From a bacterium (GTDB lineage: Bacteria; Hydrothermota; Tepidihabitantia; Tepidihabitantales; Tepidihabitantaceae), in the NCBI GenBank assembly GCA_039793395.1, contig JBAMLV010000018.1:9993-73992 (forward strand): a DNA stretch of 64,000 nt, read 5' to 3'. Shown piece by piece: positions 39,550 to 49,038 of the stretch; within the stretch, counting starts at the first letter, position 1, and each line of letters opens with the position of its first letter. The notes beneath the pieces are model-generated. The model searched no databases. It saw only the letters and a list, made by a program, of their open reading frames with translations, and was not told the DNA's origin. A program made the translations under genes and the position numbers.

Positions 39550-41399
39550 TTTTCCAGCCCGGTTATCAGCAGTTCTGCTGTGAGGAGTAATGCTGCGAGG
39601 TAGAGCAGGGGACCGGTGAGTTCGCCGCCGGGGATGACCCCCGGGGTTATATTTTTGATGCCGCGCCGGTTGAGTAGTTCGTTGCTGGCCGGCGTCAGGT
39701 CGCCTTCTTCAGGTAGAGGATTTACGGCAAACGCCCGGCGGCTGTGATTTTCCAGTTGGTAAATACCTGGCAGTCGGGTGTCGGTGATAAGGAGTTCAGG
39801 CCGGGGAAGGGAAGGTTCTGGAATTACTGTTTTTTCGCCGGCGGGCAGGACCAGCCGGAGTGGCTGGAGTGCCGGCACTGTCAGCCGGACGGTATCACCA
39901 ACAAGCCACTGATTCCGGAACGCCCTGTTAGTGAGGTATTTGATAGTCTGGTGAAGCAGCGGCACAAAAACCGCCTTGTAAATCAGGTCGGTTGCTTCGG
40001 GTTCAGGCGCAAAACTCCAGGCAATCAGGTTCTTTTCTGGTAGTTCCAGAATCAGCGGATCCTGGTCCGCAAGCCGGATAAGTGTTCTGGCGCCGGCGAG
40101 CCGGGTATGACGGAAGATGCGCACCCCGGTGAAGTCACCGGTCCGGAAACCGGCAAGCAGTGGATGGGTGGTGTCAACTTCCCGGGGGGTAACAAATCCG
40201 GATAGGTTAACAGGACCACCGGCAGGAAGCAGGCGCTCAATCCCCGACCCGGGAAGGGCGGGGATGCACAAGAGCAGACCACCGCCGGAACTGAGATAAA
40301 AATCCAGGCGGTCAAAGTCCGCCGGACTGAGGGCACCGGCATCGGCGATGATAATCACCGGATAACCGGAGAGGTCGGTGCGACGCAGTTCGGCAGAGTT
40401 CAAGAGCAAAGGCTGAAAGTGAACGGTGTCGCTTAACAGTGCCAGCTGCAGATATTTTCCCGGTACATTTGCGGAGACAAAAATTGGAACAGTGATGCGG
40501 CTGGGAATGTCAAAAGCAAAGAACCGGACATCGTCAATGGGCAGCGAGTCCGGAGACAGTTCCAGACTGCCGGTATAGATACCGGGCTGGTTAAAGGCTA
40601 CTGGAAAATCTATGGTCGCCCGGGAGCGCGGGGCAAGATTAACCGTCTGCTGTTCGCGGTGGTTTTCCATTTTCAGGGTAATTGTACGGGTAACCGGGTT
40701 AGAGCCGTAGTTAGCGATTTCGGCCTGGAGTCGGTTGTTATGAAGGGAAACTTCGGTGATGCCGGCGTTGTCAAACGCCGGGTTGCTGAAGTTGAATACC
40801 CAGAGTTTCCCAGCGGTAAACTGAAAGCCGTTTTCAGGAACCGCCCGTTGTTGCAGGTCGGTGATGAGTACCACCGGCAGTGGGGATGCTCGGCACAGGG
40901 ATTCGGCGGTGGTAAGTGCGGGTTGTAGTGTCCAGGCGCCGGCTGAAGGTTTGATTGTATCCAGAAGCCGGCTGATGGAATTTTTGCCGGTAATCAGGGT
41001 GTCGGTGCGGCTGGTGAGGAGCAGCCAGGGGCGGTGGGAGTTCTGGATAATCTGGCGGCAGGTATTCACCGCGATGGACCAGCGGCGGCCATAGCTCATA
41101 CTGTAGGAGTCGTCAAGAATGATCAGGACCCGGTCCGTTCCAATCCGGACCGGTAGTGCGGTTTTGAGTCCGGGTCGGCTGAGTGCCAGCGGGATGAGCA
41201 GGAGAAACAGAGTCCGGATGAGCAGCAGCAGAATTTCCTTGAGCCGGACCCAGGAGAACCTTTCCCGGCGCACACTCTGCAGCAACAGCAGCGAGGGAAA
41301 GTTCTGGTGCCGGAGCCGGAGTCGGGTAAGCAGATGGATAATCAGCGGCACCAGTCCCAGTCCGAGTAGATAGAGAAATTGCGGCTGGAGGAAATACAT
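39522..41399 (-). CDS. BatA-type N-terminal double-TM domain protein (aerotolerance/MoxR-system associated)
   Basis: The N-terminus MYFLQPQFLYLLGLGLVPLIIHLL..R...FPSLLLLQ is the characteristic double-TM domain. A C-terminal TM is also present. 1-nt overlap with the DUF58 gene. Confidence 0.7.
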   Translation of the reverse strand: MYFLQPQFLYLLGLGLVPLIIHLLTRLRLRHQNFPSLLLLQSVRRERFSWVRLKEILLLLIRTLFLLLIPLALSRPGLKTALPVRIGTDRVLIILDDSYSMSYGRRWSIAVNTCRQIIQNSHRPWLLLTSRTDTLITGKNSISRLLDTIKPSAGAWTLQPALTTAESLCRASPLPVVLITDLQQRAVPENGFQFTAGKLWVFNFSNPAFDNAGITEVSLHNNRLQAEIANYGSNPVTRTITLKMENHREQQTVNLAPRSRATIDFPVAFNQPGIYTGSLELSPDSLPIDDVRFFAFDIPSRITVPIFVSANVPGKYLQLALLSDTVHFQPLLLNSAELRRTDLSGYPVIIIADAGALSPADFDRLDFYLSSGGGLLLCIPALPGSGIERLLPAGGPVNLSGFVTPREVDTTHPLLAGFRTGDFTGVRIFRHTRLAGARTLIRLADQDPLILELPEKNLIAWSFAPEPEATDLIYKAVFVPLLHQTIKYLTNRAFRNQWLVGDTVRLTVPALQPLRLVLPAGEKTVIPEPSLPRPELLITDTRLPGIYQLENHSRRAFAVNPLPEEGDLTPASNELLNRRGIKNITPGVIPGGELTGPLLYLAALLLTAELLITGLENYRKIPVRK

Positions 41400-42292
41400 C
41401 AGTTGAGCCGGCGCCGGTGTTCCAGATAGGTGAAGAGTGCCTGGTCAAACGGGGTGGTAATGCTCAGCGGCTGGTAATCAACCGCGGCTTCGGCACAGTT
41501 GTGGCGGAAGTTTTCTAACCGCTTCCGGAACCGTTCGTGATACTGACGCTGAATCAATCTCGGGTCAACGGCGATTTCCTGTCCGGTTTCAAGGTCGCGC
41601 AGTAGTAACGGATTGCGGAAGTCAAGTTGTGCCTCCTCCGGATGAAACAGGTGGAAAACCAGTAGTTCGTGCCGGCGTGCCCGGAAGTGACGCAGCGCCG
41701 AAATGATCGCGGTTTCATCATCCCAGAGGTCGGAGATGACAATCACCAGACCGCGGCGCCGGATGCGCTCGGCAAGTTCATGGAGGGTGGAGCTGATGTC
41801 GGTTTCACCCGCGGGTCTGAGTTTTTCCAGTTCCTGGAAGATGATATGAAGATGGACGGTGGTGGCGCGGGGCGGGATGTAGCGGTCAATTTTTGAAGAG
41901 AAGGTAATCAACCCGGTTGAGTCCTTCTGCCGGTTCAATAGATAGGCAAGGCTTGCCGCCAGCCAGCGGCCGTAATCAAGTTTAGAATAACTGCCGGTAG
42001 GGTATGCCATTGAGGCGGAGGCATCAAGCACGAGATAGGCGCGGAGATTGGTTTCCTCTTCATACTCCCGGACAAAGAACCGCTCGGTCCGGCCGTATAC
42101 CCGCCAGTCAATCCGTTTAAGTTCGTCGCCGGGCATATATTGACGGTGTTCGGCAAATTCCACCGAGAAACCCTTGAACGGGGAGCGGTGTCGACCGCTG
42201 AGGAAACCCTCTACGACCATTCGCGCCTTGAAATCAATGCCTTTGAGCCGGGCAATCAGTTCCGGTTTGAGCAACGAGGTGCTGTGCGCCAT
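41399..42292 (-). CDS. DUF58 domain protein (vWA-like, MoxR-associated)
   Basis: Has GRHRSPFKGFSVEFAEHRQYMPGDELKRIDWRVYGRTERFFVREYEEETN..LVLDASASM. Start moved to MAHSTSLLKPEL; the upstream 69 codons of the ORF look non-coding. Confidence 0.85.
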   Translation of the reverse strand: MAHSTSLLKPELIARLKGIDFKARMVVEGFLSGRHRSPFKGFSVEFAEHRQYMPGDELKRIDWRVYGRTERFFVREYEEETNLRAYLVLDASASMAYPTGSYSKLDYGRWLAASLAYLLNRQKDSTGLITFSSKIDRYIPPRATTVHLHIIFQELEKLRPAGETDISSTLHELAERIRRRGLVIVISDLWDDETAIISALRHFRARRHELLVFHLFHPEEAQLDFRNPLLLRDLETGQEIAVDPRLIQRQYHERFRKRLENFRHNCAEAAVDYQPLSITTPFDQALFTYLEHRRRLN

Positions 42293-42348
42293 ATAACAGT
42301 TTAGCCCCGACACCGCTATGTTGTCAATCAACAACGAACAGGAAAAAC

Positions 42349-42376
42349 TTGACAGCGGGCACGGGATGGTTATAAT
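42349..42376 (+). promoter_or_regulatory. Near-consensus sigma70-type promoter
   Basis: TTGACA (42349-42354), a 16-nt spacer, then TATAAT (42371-42376). Confidence 0.55.
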
Positions 42377-42382
42377 CGGGTT

Positions 42383-42586
42383 GCAGAGTAAAAAGGACGC
42401 AGAGGAAGCGGTTGAGTAGTATGAGTCATTCGCGGGGACAACCAGAGCCGCAGACTCGGGCTTAATCTGCAGACTGCGGCGACGCATCTGATAAACCAAT
42501 CCTGGGTTGCGCTCCCGGAAGGGGGAGCACCGAGGTTTTATTACAGTAATAATGTGCCGGGTGGCACTGGAATTGAGGAGGTATGG
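42383..42586 (+). promoter_or_regulatory. Structured 5' leader / candidate cis-regulatory RNA of about 200 nt (class unknown)
   Basis: A GCAGACT direct repeat supports two mutually exclusive helices (42447-53/42474-80 versus 42450-54/42466-70). GC hairpin 42511-16/42523-28 with a GGAAGG loop. AU hairpin 42538-52. Hairpin 42554-67 just before the SD. Confidence 0.35.
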
Positions 42587-43414
42587 ATGGCAATAAGAGG
42601 CGATGCCGGGAGTTTACTGCTGGTCCAGGGCCGAACCGGGCCGGCAGTTGGATTTATCTGGGAGCCGGTGAAAATCGGTCCCGGGTTTGAGTGGATTGAC
42701 CACGATACGATCCGCATCCTTGAGGGCGGGCTGGCGGGCAAGATTCTCGGGGTCAGGACCGAACTGATGGCAAATAATGCCGGCTGTTATCTGTTTGACC
42801 AGCAGCGGCAGATCGGCTCGGTTTCAATTGAACGCAACCCTCCGGGTAAGGGGATTATTCTCTGGGATGCACAGGTGCTGGCGCCATACCGGCAGAATGG
42901 TCTGGCAGCAATAATGACCTGGATAATCTTCCGGGAACTGCTGCTGAGCCAGACGGTGGCAACTTTCCGCATCCGGATGGTTCGTTCGGTCAAAGCCGGA
43001 GCGAACGGGACTGAACTGCAGAACATCGGGATGGGGGTGATTGCGGTCCGACTCGGTTTCACCCCGGAACTGAACCTGGGCCGGACAATCCGCGGGGATA
43101 ATATTACCGGGATTGAAGCCCTGCCCGCGGTCAACGGTAATCCGCCGGCGCTGAAAATCACCCTGCGCACCGACCCGTTTGTGCTGGCTGCATTTGTGCT
43201 CAGTCCGGATACGATGAAACCGACCCAGGACTTCCGCACCTATCTGGAAATCAAAAATAACTACTTCACCATTCATGAGTGGGCAAAGAATGGGTTGCTG
43301 GTAATCAACGGTAATTATCTGCTGCGCACGCCCCAGATTCATCATTTTGTCAACCGGATGGCGGTTGATGAAGCGGAGGCAATAATCTTTCGCAATAAAA
43401 TCCGCGGCCTGTAA
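42587..43414 (+). CDS. Hypothetical protein with a GNAT-like N-terminal segment
   Basis: Start moved to the ATG preceded by GAGGAGG. The segment ILWDAQVLAPYRQNGLAAIMTWIIFRELL resembles GNAT motif A (R/Q-x-x-G-x-A). The rest is unrecognised. Confidence 0.45.
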   Translation: MAIRGDAGSLLLVQGRTGPAVGFIWEPVKIGPGFEWIDHDTIRILEGGLAGKILGVRTELMANNAGCYLFDQQRQIGSVSIERNPPGKGIILWDAQVLAPYRQNGLAAIMTWIIFRELLLSQTVATFRIRMVRSVKAGANGTELQNIGMGVIAVRLGFTPELNLGRTIRGDNITGIEALPAVNGNPPALKITLRTDPFVLAAFVLSPDTMKPTQDFRTYLEIKNNYFTIHEWAKNGLLVINGNYLLRTPQIHHFVNRMAVDEAEAIIFRNKIRGL

Positions 43415-43505
43415 CCCGGCTTCCTTAATAATTTAATCAGCACCGCTCCGTCTCCTTTTCCGTTCCAGTCTTGCCTTGGGGGGTAAGTTTTTTAATATCA
43501 GTTTA

Positions 43506-44399
43506 ATGAGTGGAACCGCTGATACCCGGCGTCAAAGGAAAAGTCTGCAGTTCTCAATTTTTCTCAATACCGGTTTTGCGCTGGCAGAGCTGGGCGCCGG
43601 TCTGTTTGCCAATTCTATGGTGCTGGTTGCCGGTGCGTTGCATGATGCGGGTGATGCGGTGGCGCTGGTGCTCTCCTATCTTGGTCTCAAACTGTCGTTA
43701 TTGCCCCCGAGCCGGCGTCGGACTTTCGGCTATCGCAAGGTCCGGATTCTTATTGCCTTTGTCAATGCGCTGGCGCTGGCGGTGTTCACCGTGCTGGTGG
43801 TGCGGGTAGCAATCAGCCGCATCCTGGCGCCGGAGCCGGTGAAGAGTCCGGTGTTGATAGTGATGGCGCTTGCCGGCATCGCGGTCAACGGTGCTGCGGT
43901 TCTGGTGCTGAGCCGGGACCGGTACTCCCTGAACATCCGGGCGGCGATGTGGCATCTACTGGACGACCTGCTGGGGTTTCTGGTGGTACTGCTCGGCGGT
44001 CTGGCCATCCGGCTGACTGGGCTGGTGGTTATTGACCCGCTGCTTTCAATTGGGGTCAGTCTGTTTGTGCTTTACGGTGTCTGGCGGGTTTTCCGGGAGG
44101 CGGTGAGTATCCTGATTGACTCCACACCCCGGGATTTAAACTACGATGAGGTCCGCCGGTTCATCCTCGGTTCTTCACCGCTCATTCAGGAGGTCCATGA
44201 CCTGCACATCTGGACCCTGGGTGAAGGTGAGCGGGCGCTGATGGCACATCTGGTGGTTGCGGATGGTCTGGTCAGCAGTTTTCAGCCGTTGCTTGCCCGC
44301 TTGAGCTGCGACCTGAAAAAGCGGTTTGACATCAGCCACATTACGCTGGAACTGGAATGCGGCGGGTGCAAATCCGGTGAAAATGTTTGTCTTAACTGA
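43506..44399 (+). CDS. Cation diffusion facilitator family divalent-metal efflux transporter
   Basis: Has AGALHDAGDAVAL and WHLLDDLLGF, six TMs and a C-terminal cytoplasmic domain (VHDLHIWTL). Start moved to ATG 43506. Confidence 0.88.
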   Translation: MSGTADTRRQRKSLQFSIFLNTGFALAELGAGLFANSMVLVAGALHDAGDAVALVLSYLGLKLSLLPPSRRRTFGYRKVRILIAFVNALALAVFTVLVVRVAISRILAPEPVKSPVLIVMALAGIAVNGAAVLVLSRDRYSLNIRAAMWHLLDDLLGFLVVLLGGLAIRLTGLVVIDPLLSIGVSLFVLYGVWRVFREAVSILIDSTPRDLNYDEVRRFILGSSPLIQEVHDLHIWTLGEGERALMAHLVVADGLVSSFQPLLARLSCDLKKRFDISHITLELECGGCKSGENVCLN

Positions 44400-44700
44400 A
44401 CGCCAATAACGGAGAGAAAGGTTCTCCCACTGCTGAAAACGATGCCGGTTTTGTGTCCATGGCTATCGTTTTAGTAATGATGCCTGCCGATTAAACCGTA
44501 AGCTGGATTTTTTAGTCGGAGCCCGTGGTTCAAAACCGGAGTGGGGTGACCCCGGGGGTCGCCCACCCGGCAGCGGAGATTTTTAGGGTAATAATTTAAT
44601 AACTATCAGAAAACACAGGAGTTAACAAATCAGGGTTCAATTTTTGCCCGTTTTTGGGGTCTAATTTTATTGGCTGGCTGGTGAACCAAAGGTTTGGGGG

Positions 44701-47145
44701 TTAAATCTTTGCCCGGCGCAGGCGCAGGGAGTTGGTGACCACATTGATTGAGGAGAGTGCCATCGCAATTTCGGCAATGAGCGGGTGGAGCAAGCCGAGC
44801 ATTGCCAGCGGGATTGCCAGTATGTTGTAAAAGAGCGCCCAGAAGAGGTTCTGGTTTATTTTGCGGAAGGTGGCACGGGCAAGCCGGAGCGCGGTCAGCA
44901 CCCCGGTGAGTTCGCCGCGGACCAGGGTGACATCGCTGGCCGCAATGGCGATGTCGGTGCCGGTGCCGATCGCAATTCCCACATCCGCGGCTTTCAATAC
45001 CGGGGCATCATTGATGCCGTCTCCGACCATCGCCACGGTTCGGTATTGCTCCCGGATTTGAGCCAGGGTCCGGAGTTTGTCTGCGGGCAGGAGTTCCGCA
45101 AACAGTTCGTCAATGCCAATGCTGGCGGCAATCGGTTCGGCAGCGGTGCGGCTGTCACCGGTGAGCATCACCGGCACGATGCCGAGGTTTTTGAGTTCGG
45201 TAATCACCGTTTTTGTTTCGGGTTTGAGTGCATCGGCAAGGATGATGATGCCGAGCGGTCTGGTACCGGCAGCGGTGAACAAAAGCGTTACGGACCTTTG
45301 GAGGTTGCTGGCGGCGAGTTCCGTGAGTGTGCTGGTTTCAATGCCGTTTTCGGCAAGCAGCTGGAGTTTGCCCACCAGGGCCGGTTCGCCATTGACGATG
45401 CCGGTAATACCCAGGCCAGGTCGGGCGGTGATTGCGGTTGCCGGCGGGATTTTTAAGTTCCGGGATTTTGCCGCCGTCAGGATGGCACGGGCGAGCGGAT
45501 GTTCTGAGCCCTGTTCCAGTGCGGCGGCAAGCTGGAGCAGTTGGTTTTCGTCAACCCCGGGGCAGGGGACAATCCGGCTGAGCTGGGGTTTGCCGATGGT
45601 GAGGGTGCCGGTTTTGTCAAAGGCAATCGCCCGGACATTGCGCAGGGTCTGGAGCGCGGCCGGGGAGCGAAAGATGATGCCGCGCCGGGCAGCGATGCCA
45701 GCAGCAACCATCAGCGCGGTTGGTGTTGCCAGGCCCAGGGCACAGGGGCAGGCGATCACCAGGACCGCAATGCCGGCAAACAGGGCCAGGGAGAGCCGGG
45801 AGAGTTCCGGGTTGACCCAGGGGAGCAGGGTGTGCGCCCGGATAAGGAAAGGGCGGAGTGCCGGGGTAAAGGCAAACCAGCAGCCGGCAGTGAGCAGGGC
45901 AAGGGCAAGGATTGCCGGGACGAACCGGGCGGTGATGCGGTCGGCAAGCGCCTGCACCGGAATTTTTTTGAACTGTGCCTGTTCTACCAGCCGGATGACC
46001 TGAGCGAGGAAGGTGTCTTTGCCAACCCGACGCACCGCCACCTTGATGAAACCGGTGGTGTTGATGGTTGCGCCCAGCACCTCATCTCCGGGCTTTTTCT
46101 CCACGGGCAGGGGTTCACCGGTGGCCATTGATTCGTCAACTTCAGTTGTGCCTTCAATGATGACGCCGTCGGTCGGGATTTTTTCTCCGGGGCGGACGAG
46201 CATAATGTCGCCAGGTTTGAGCCGATTAACCGGTACTTCGGTCTCTTTGCCGTCAACGAGAATCCGGGCGGTGCGCGCCCCAAGTGAAAGCAGCTGGCGA
46301 ATGGCACCGGCGGCACTGCCCTTTGCCCGGGCTTCCAGGTAGCGGCCCGTAAGGTAAACTGCCATCAGCATTCCGGCAACGCGGCCTAAGTTTTCCACCG
46401 GCAGACCGAAAAGCACCATTACCGAAGAAATCAGCGCCGCGGCGGTGCCGAGGACAATCAGCACATCCATCGTTGCCGAGCCGCTGCGGATTGAGGCACA
46501 GGCGGTTTTCAGAGTGTGCCAGCCCGGGATGAAAAGCACGCCGGCACCGAGCAGTAGTTCAATCAGGGTCATCAGTTTCATTGGCAGATGAAACTGATGG
46601 GCAAGATGAGGCACCATCAGCACCAATGTTGGAATTACCAATAGCCAGGCGAGCACCATCCGGTTTTTTGCCTTTTTGAGTTCGGCGGCAAGCAGTGTCG
46701 CCTCATCACCGGTCTGCTCGCGAACATCATACCCGGCACTGACAATCGCCTTTTTCAGCGCTTCGGGCGGAGTGATTTTCGGGTCAAATTCCACCACCGC
46801 CTCCTCGGTGGCAAAGTTCACCTGGGCAATTTTGACCCCGGGCAGTCGGTTGAGCGCCTTTTCAATCGTAACCGCACAGCCGGCACAGGACATACCGCTG
46901 ATGCCGATGACCGTGGATTCGGTATGGGAAAGTTCGGTTTTGGTTGCGGGTGCGGATTCAGTCATTGCCGGTCGGTCGTGACCCGGGGAGAGAAACTGCT
47001 CCGGATTTTCCCGGAATTGGTTGAGGCAGGTGGTGCTGCAGAAGGAGTAGGTTTTGCCTTTATATTCCCAAATGCCCGCGGACCGGTTTTCATAGACACT
47101 CATCCCGCACACCGGGTCAATGTGAACCTGGGGCTCTTGGCTCAT
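44701..47145 (-). CDS. copA: Copper-translocating P1B-type ATPase with N-terminal YHS/TRASH and HMA domains
   Basis: Has DPVCGM...[12 protein letters not shown] (TRASH), [15 protein letters not shown] (HMA), [17 protein letters not shown] and GDGINDAP. Confidence 0.92.
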   Translation of the reverse strand: MSQEPQVHIDPVCGMSVYENRSAGIWEYKGKTYSFCSTTCLNQFRENPEQFLSPGHDRPAMTESAPATKTELSHTESTVIGISGMSCAGCAVTIEKALNRLPGVKIAQVNFATEEAVVEFDPKITPPEALKKAIVSAGYDVREQTGDEATLLAAELKKAKNRMVLAWLLVIPTLVLMVPHLAHQFHLPMKLMTLIELLLGAGVLFIPGWHTLKTACASIRSGSATMDVLIVLGTAAALISSVMVLFGLPVENLGRVAGMLMAVYLTGRYLEARAKGSAAGAIRQLLSLGARTARILVDGKETEVPVNRLKPGDIMLVRPGEKIPTDGVIIEGTTEVDESMATGEPLPVEKKPGDEVLGATINTTGFIKVAVRRVGKDTFLAQVIRLVEQAQFKKIPVQALADRITARFVPAILALALLTAGCWFAFTPALRPFLIRAHTLLPWVNPELSRLSLALFAGIAVLVIACPCALGLATPTALMVAAGIAARRGIIFRSPAALQTLRNVRAIAFDKTGTLTIGKPQLSRIVPCPGVDENQLLQLAAALEQGSEHPLARAILTAAKSRNLKIPPATAITARPGLGITGIVNGEPALVGKLQLLAENGIETSTLTELAASNLQRSVTLLFTAAGTRPLGIIILADALKPETKTVITELKNLGIVPVMLTGDSRTAAEPIAASIGIDELFAELLPADKLRTLAQIREQYRTVAMVGDGINDAPVLKAADVGIAIGTGTDIAIAASDVTLVRGELTGVLTALRLARATFRKINQNLFWALFYNILAIPLAMLGLLHPLIAEIAMALSSINVVTNSLRLRRAKI

Positions 47146-47304
47146 AAATTTTAGACCTGAATTTGGTCGGTCAGGATGCGTAAGCTGGCCGGTGCACTTT
47201 CAAGGGTCAGCCATTGGGTTGAGGGCGATGGGAGCGATTTGCGCCTGAAAGTCCGGGGAATGGAGGTTAAGCGGGTGCGGGCTGAATTTTTGCAATTAGC
47301 GACA

Positions 47305-47392
<88 letters not shown>

Positions 47393-47484
47393 GGTGCTGT
47401 TGTTTGTAGATTAGTCTGGATAAATCGGATGTCAATTTTGATTGCGGGGTTGACAGGGGGATTAGCCGGTTTATCCTGTGACGA

Positions 47485-48543
47485 ATGGGCAGTGGCGCAA
47501 TGTTGATTCTGACGCTGGTCCTATCCGGGCAGGTTCAGGAGCTGGGCCGGTGCCCGGTTGATTCGGTAATCAGGATTGAGGCGGGGAGTTTTATCAGTCC
47601 GGACAGTTTTCAGGTGCTGGTGGTGGAACAGGCAGGGGTTTTAAATCTGTGTCGGTCCGGAAACAGTACTGACCTGTCCGGTCCGGTGCCGGTTTTTCGG
47701 CTGGCGCTTTTGCGAATGAATGGACCGGGTTTTCAGGTTTGCTGGCGTTCCGGTTTGCTGCTGGGCAGTCAGGCGGTGGCATATAATCTGCTGCCCGAAG
47801 CCTGGGCGAGCGGTGATTTTGATGGCGATTCGCTGGCCGAGATTGTGATTTTCAGCGGCGGTTATCTCCAGGTGCTGAATTTTGATCAGCGAGTGGTGCG
47901 GGTTGAGTCGGTGCCGGCAGCAGGGGGGATGATTCTGGATGCGTGCGGTGCTGACCTTGACGGAAACGGAATTCAGGAGCTGGTGACCCTGGAGCTGGAG
48001 GTAGATTCGGCGGGCAGGCACCAGCTGGTGCGTATCCGGGGGTTGGGCTTTAGCGGCGAGGAGAGGCAGGGGTTGGCGGTCGTTCTACCTGATTCGGAGC
48101 CCGGGATGAAATTTTTCCTGCTGGGTTCAGCCCGGCTTGAGGATTATCCGGGTTCACCGGTGTTAATTGTGGGTGAGTATCCGGCGCTGAAGCCGAGCCG
48201 GTATTATCTGCTTTATCAGGCAAAGGCCGATTCATTCGTTCTGACCAACACCCCTTTTCCCTGGCAGGAGTGGTTTGTGCGCACCGAGGTGCTGGCTGCG
48301 GGCAGGCTCAACCTTTTCAATATCGGTGATACGCTGGTCGCCTGGGGCTATTTTGTGCCGGGTGTGGGCAGCAGTTCGGGGCTGAGTTTTGCCGCGCTGC
48401 AGGATGGGGAGTGGCGGGTCTTGAAGCCCAGGCCGGAAGGGACCAAAATCAGCGGCTCGTGGTGCCGGTTTAACACCGCCTGGCTCAATCTGCGTCAGGG
48501 CAGGTTTTATCTATATCCGGAACCGCCATTTTTCTGGCGTTAG
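47485..48543 (+). CDS. Hypothetical protein with FG-GAP/VCBS-like Asp-rich repeats
   Basis: Has GDFDGDSLAEIVIF and CGADLDGNGIQELVTLE motifs, with a weak N-terminal hydrophobic segment. Confidence 0.45.
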   Translation: MGSGAMLILTLVLSGQVQELGRCPVDSVIRIEAGSFISPDSFQVLVVEQAGVLNLCRSGNSTDLSGPVPVFRLALLRMNGPGFQVCWRSGLLLGSQAVAYNLLPEAWASGDFDGDSLAEIVIFSGGYLQVLNFDQRVVRVESVPAAGGMILDACGADLDGNGIQELVTLELEVDSAGRHQLVRIRGLGFSGEERQGLAVVLPDSEPGMKFFLLGSARLEDYPGSPVLIVGEYPALKPSRYYLLYQAKADSFVLTNTPFPWQEWFVRTEVLAAGRLNLFNIGDTLVAWGYFVPGVGSSSGLSFAALQDGEWRVLKPRPEGTKISGSWCRFNTAWLNLRQGRFYLYPEPPFFWR

Positions 48544-48578
48544 TTTGACCTTTTAGGCATCAGGCATACAATTGAATT

Positions 48579-49031
48579 GTGCGACAACTGAAGGTGCTGG
48601 AACGGGACCTGCTTTTTGCCCTGACCAATCAGGTTCAGGAGACCGCACATTACCTGGACCTTGACACTGGTGAGGTGATACCGGTTTTCAGTTTCAACCG
48701 GGATGAGATTCTTGCCCGGGTCCGGGAGCGGCCGGAGCGCTATCTCCGGCTGGTGCCCCAGAGTGCCCACCAGGGCCGGGAGATGATGGAGCGGTTCATC
48801 AAGACGGTGTCAAGGCAGGATCTGCAAGCCCGGCTCAAGCAGGCGCTTGCCGGGGGAAGGATTTTCAGCCGGTTTCGGGAGGTGCTTGCGCACTTTCCGC
48901 AGGAGCAGCGGCGCTGGCGTCAGTTCCGGACGATGTATCTGACCGCACCGCTCCGGGAAAAACTCCGCAGCCGGGAGATTGAACTGGTACTTGTCCCGGA
49001 CTCAAGCGGTGAGGAGCAGGAGCCGGAGTGA
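48579..49031 (+). CDS. Hypothetical protein, possibly UPF0158 family
   Basis: The pattern YLDLDTGEV...RY..VP.....G...M..FI..V......RL..AL.G..IFSRFREVL......WRQF recalls UPF0158. Called from memory only. GTG start. Confidence 0.45.
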   Translation: MRQLKVLERDLLFALTNQVQETAHYLDLDTGEVIPVFSFNRDEILARVRERPERYLRLVPQSAHQGREMMERFIKTVSRQDLQARLKQALAGGRIFSRFREVLAHFPQEQRRWRQFRTMYLTAPLREKLRSREIELVLVPDSSGEEQEPE

Positions 49032-49038
49032 GCCCTGG

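Noticed and set aside
42293-42499. The N-terminal 69 codons of the ORF-track version of the DUF58 gene (MVYQMRRRSLQIKPES...).
   Set aside because: The DUF58 family begins near MAHSTSLLKPELIARLKG. The extension is Ser/Cys/Pro-rich and overlaps the plus-strand consensus promoter and leader.
42505-42532. The GGAA-loop hairpin GCGCTCCCGGAAGGGGGAGCACC resembles SRP RNA helix 8 (..GGUCCGGAAGGAAGCAGC..).
   Set aside because: The conserved AGG/AGCA symmetric-loop context and the rest of the 4.5S RNA are missing. It is more simply part of the leader described in the findings.
44526-44542. GTGGTTCAAAACCGG looks like a tRNA T-loop.
   Set aside because: There is no complementary 5-bp T-stem, no acceptor or anticodon arms, and no cloverleaf can be drawn.
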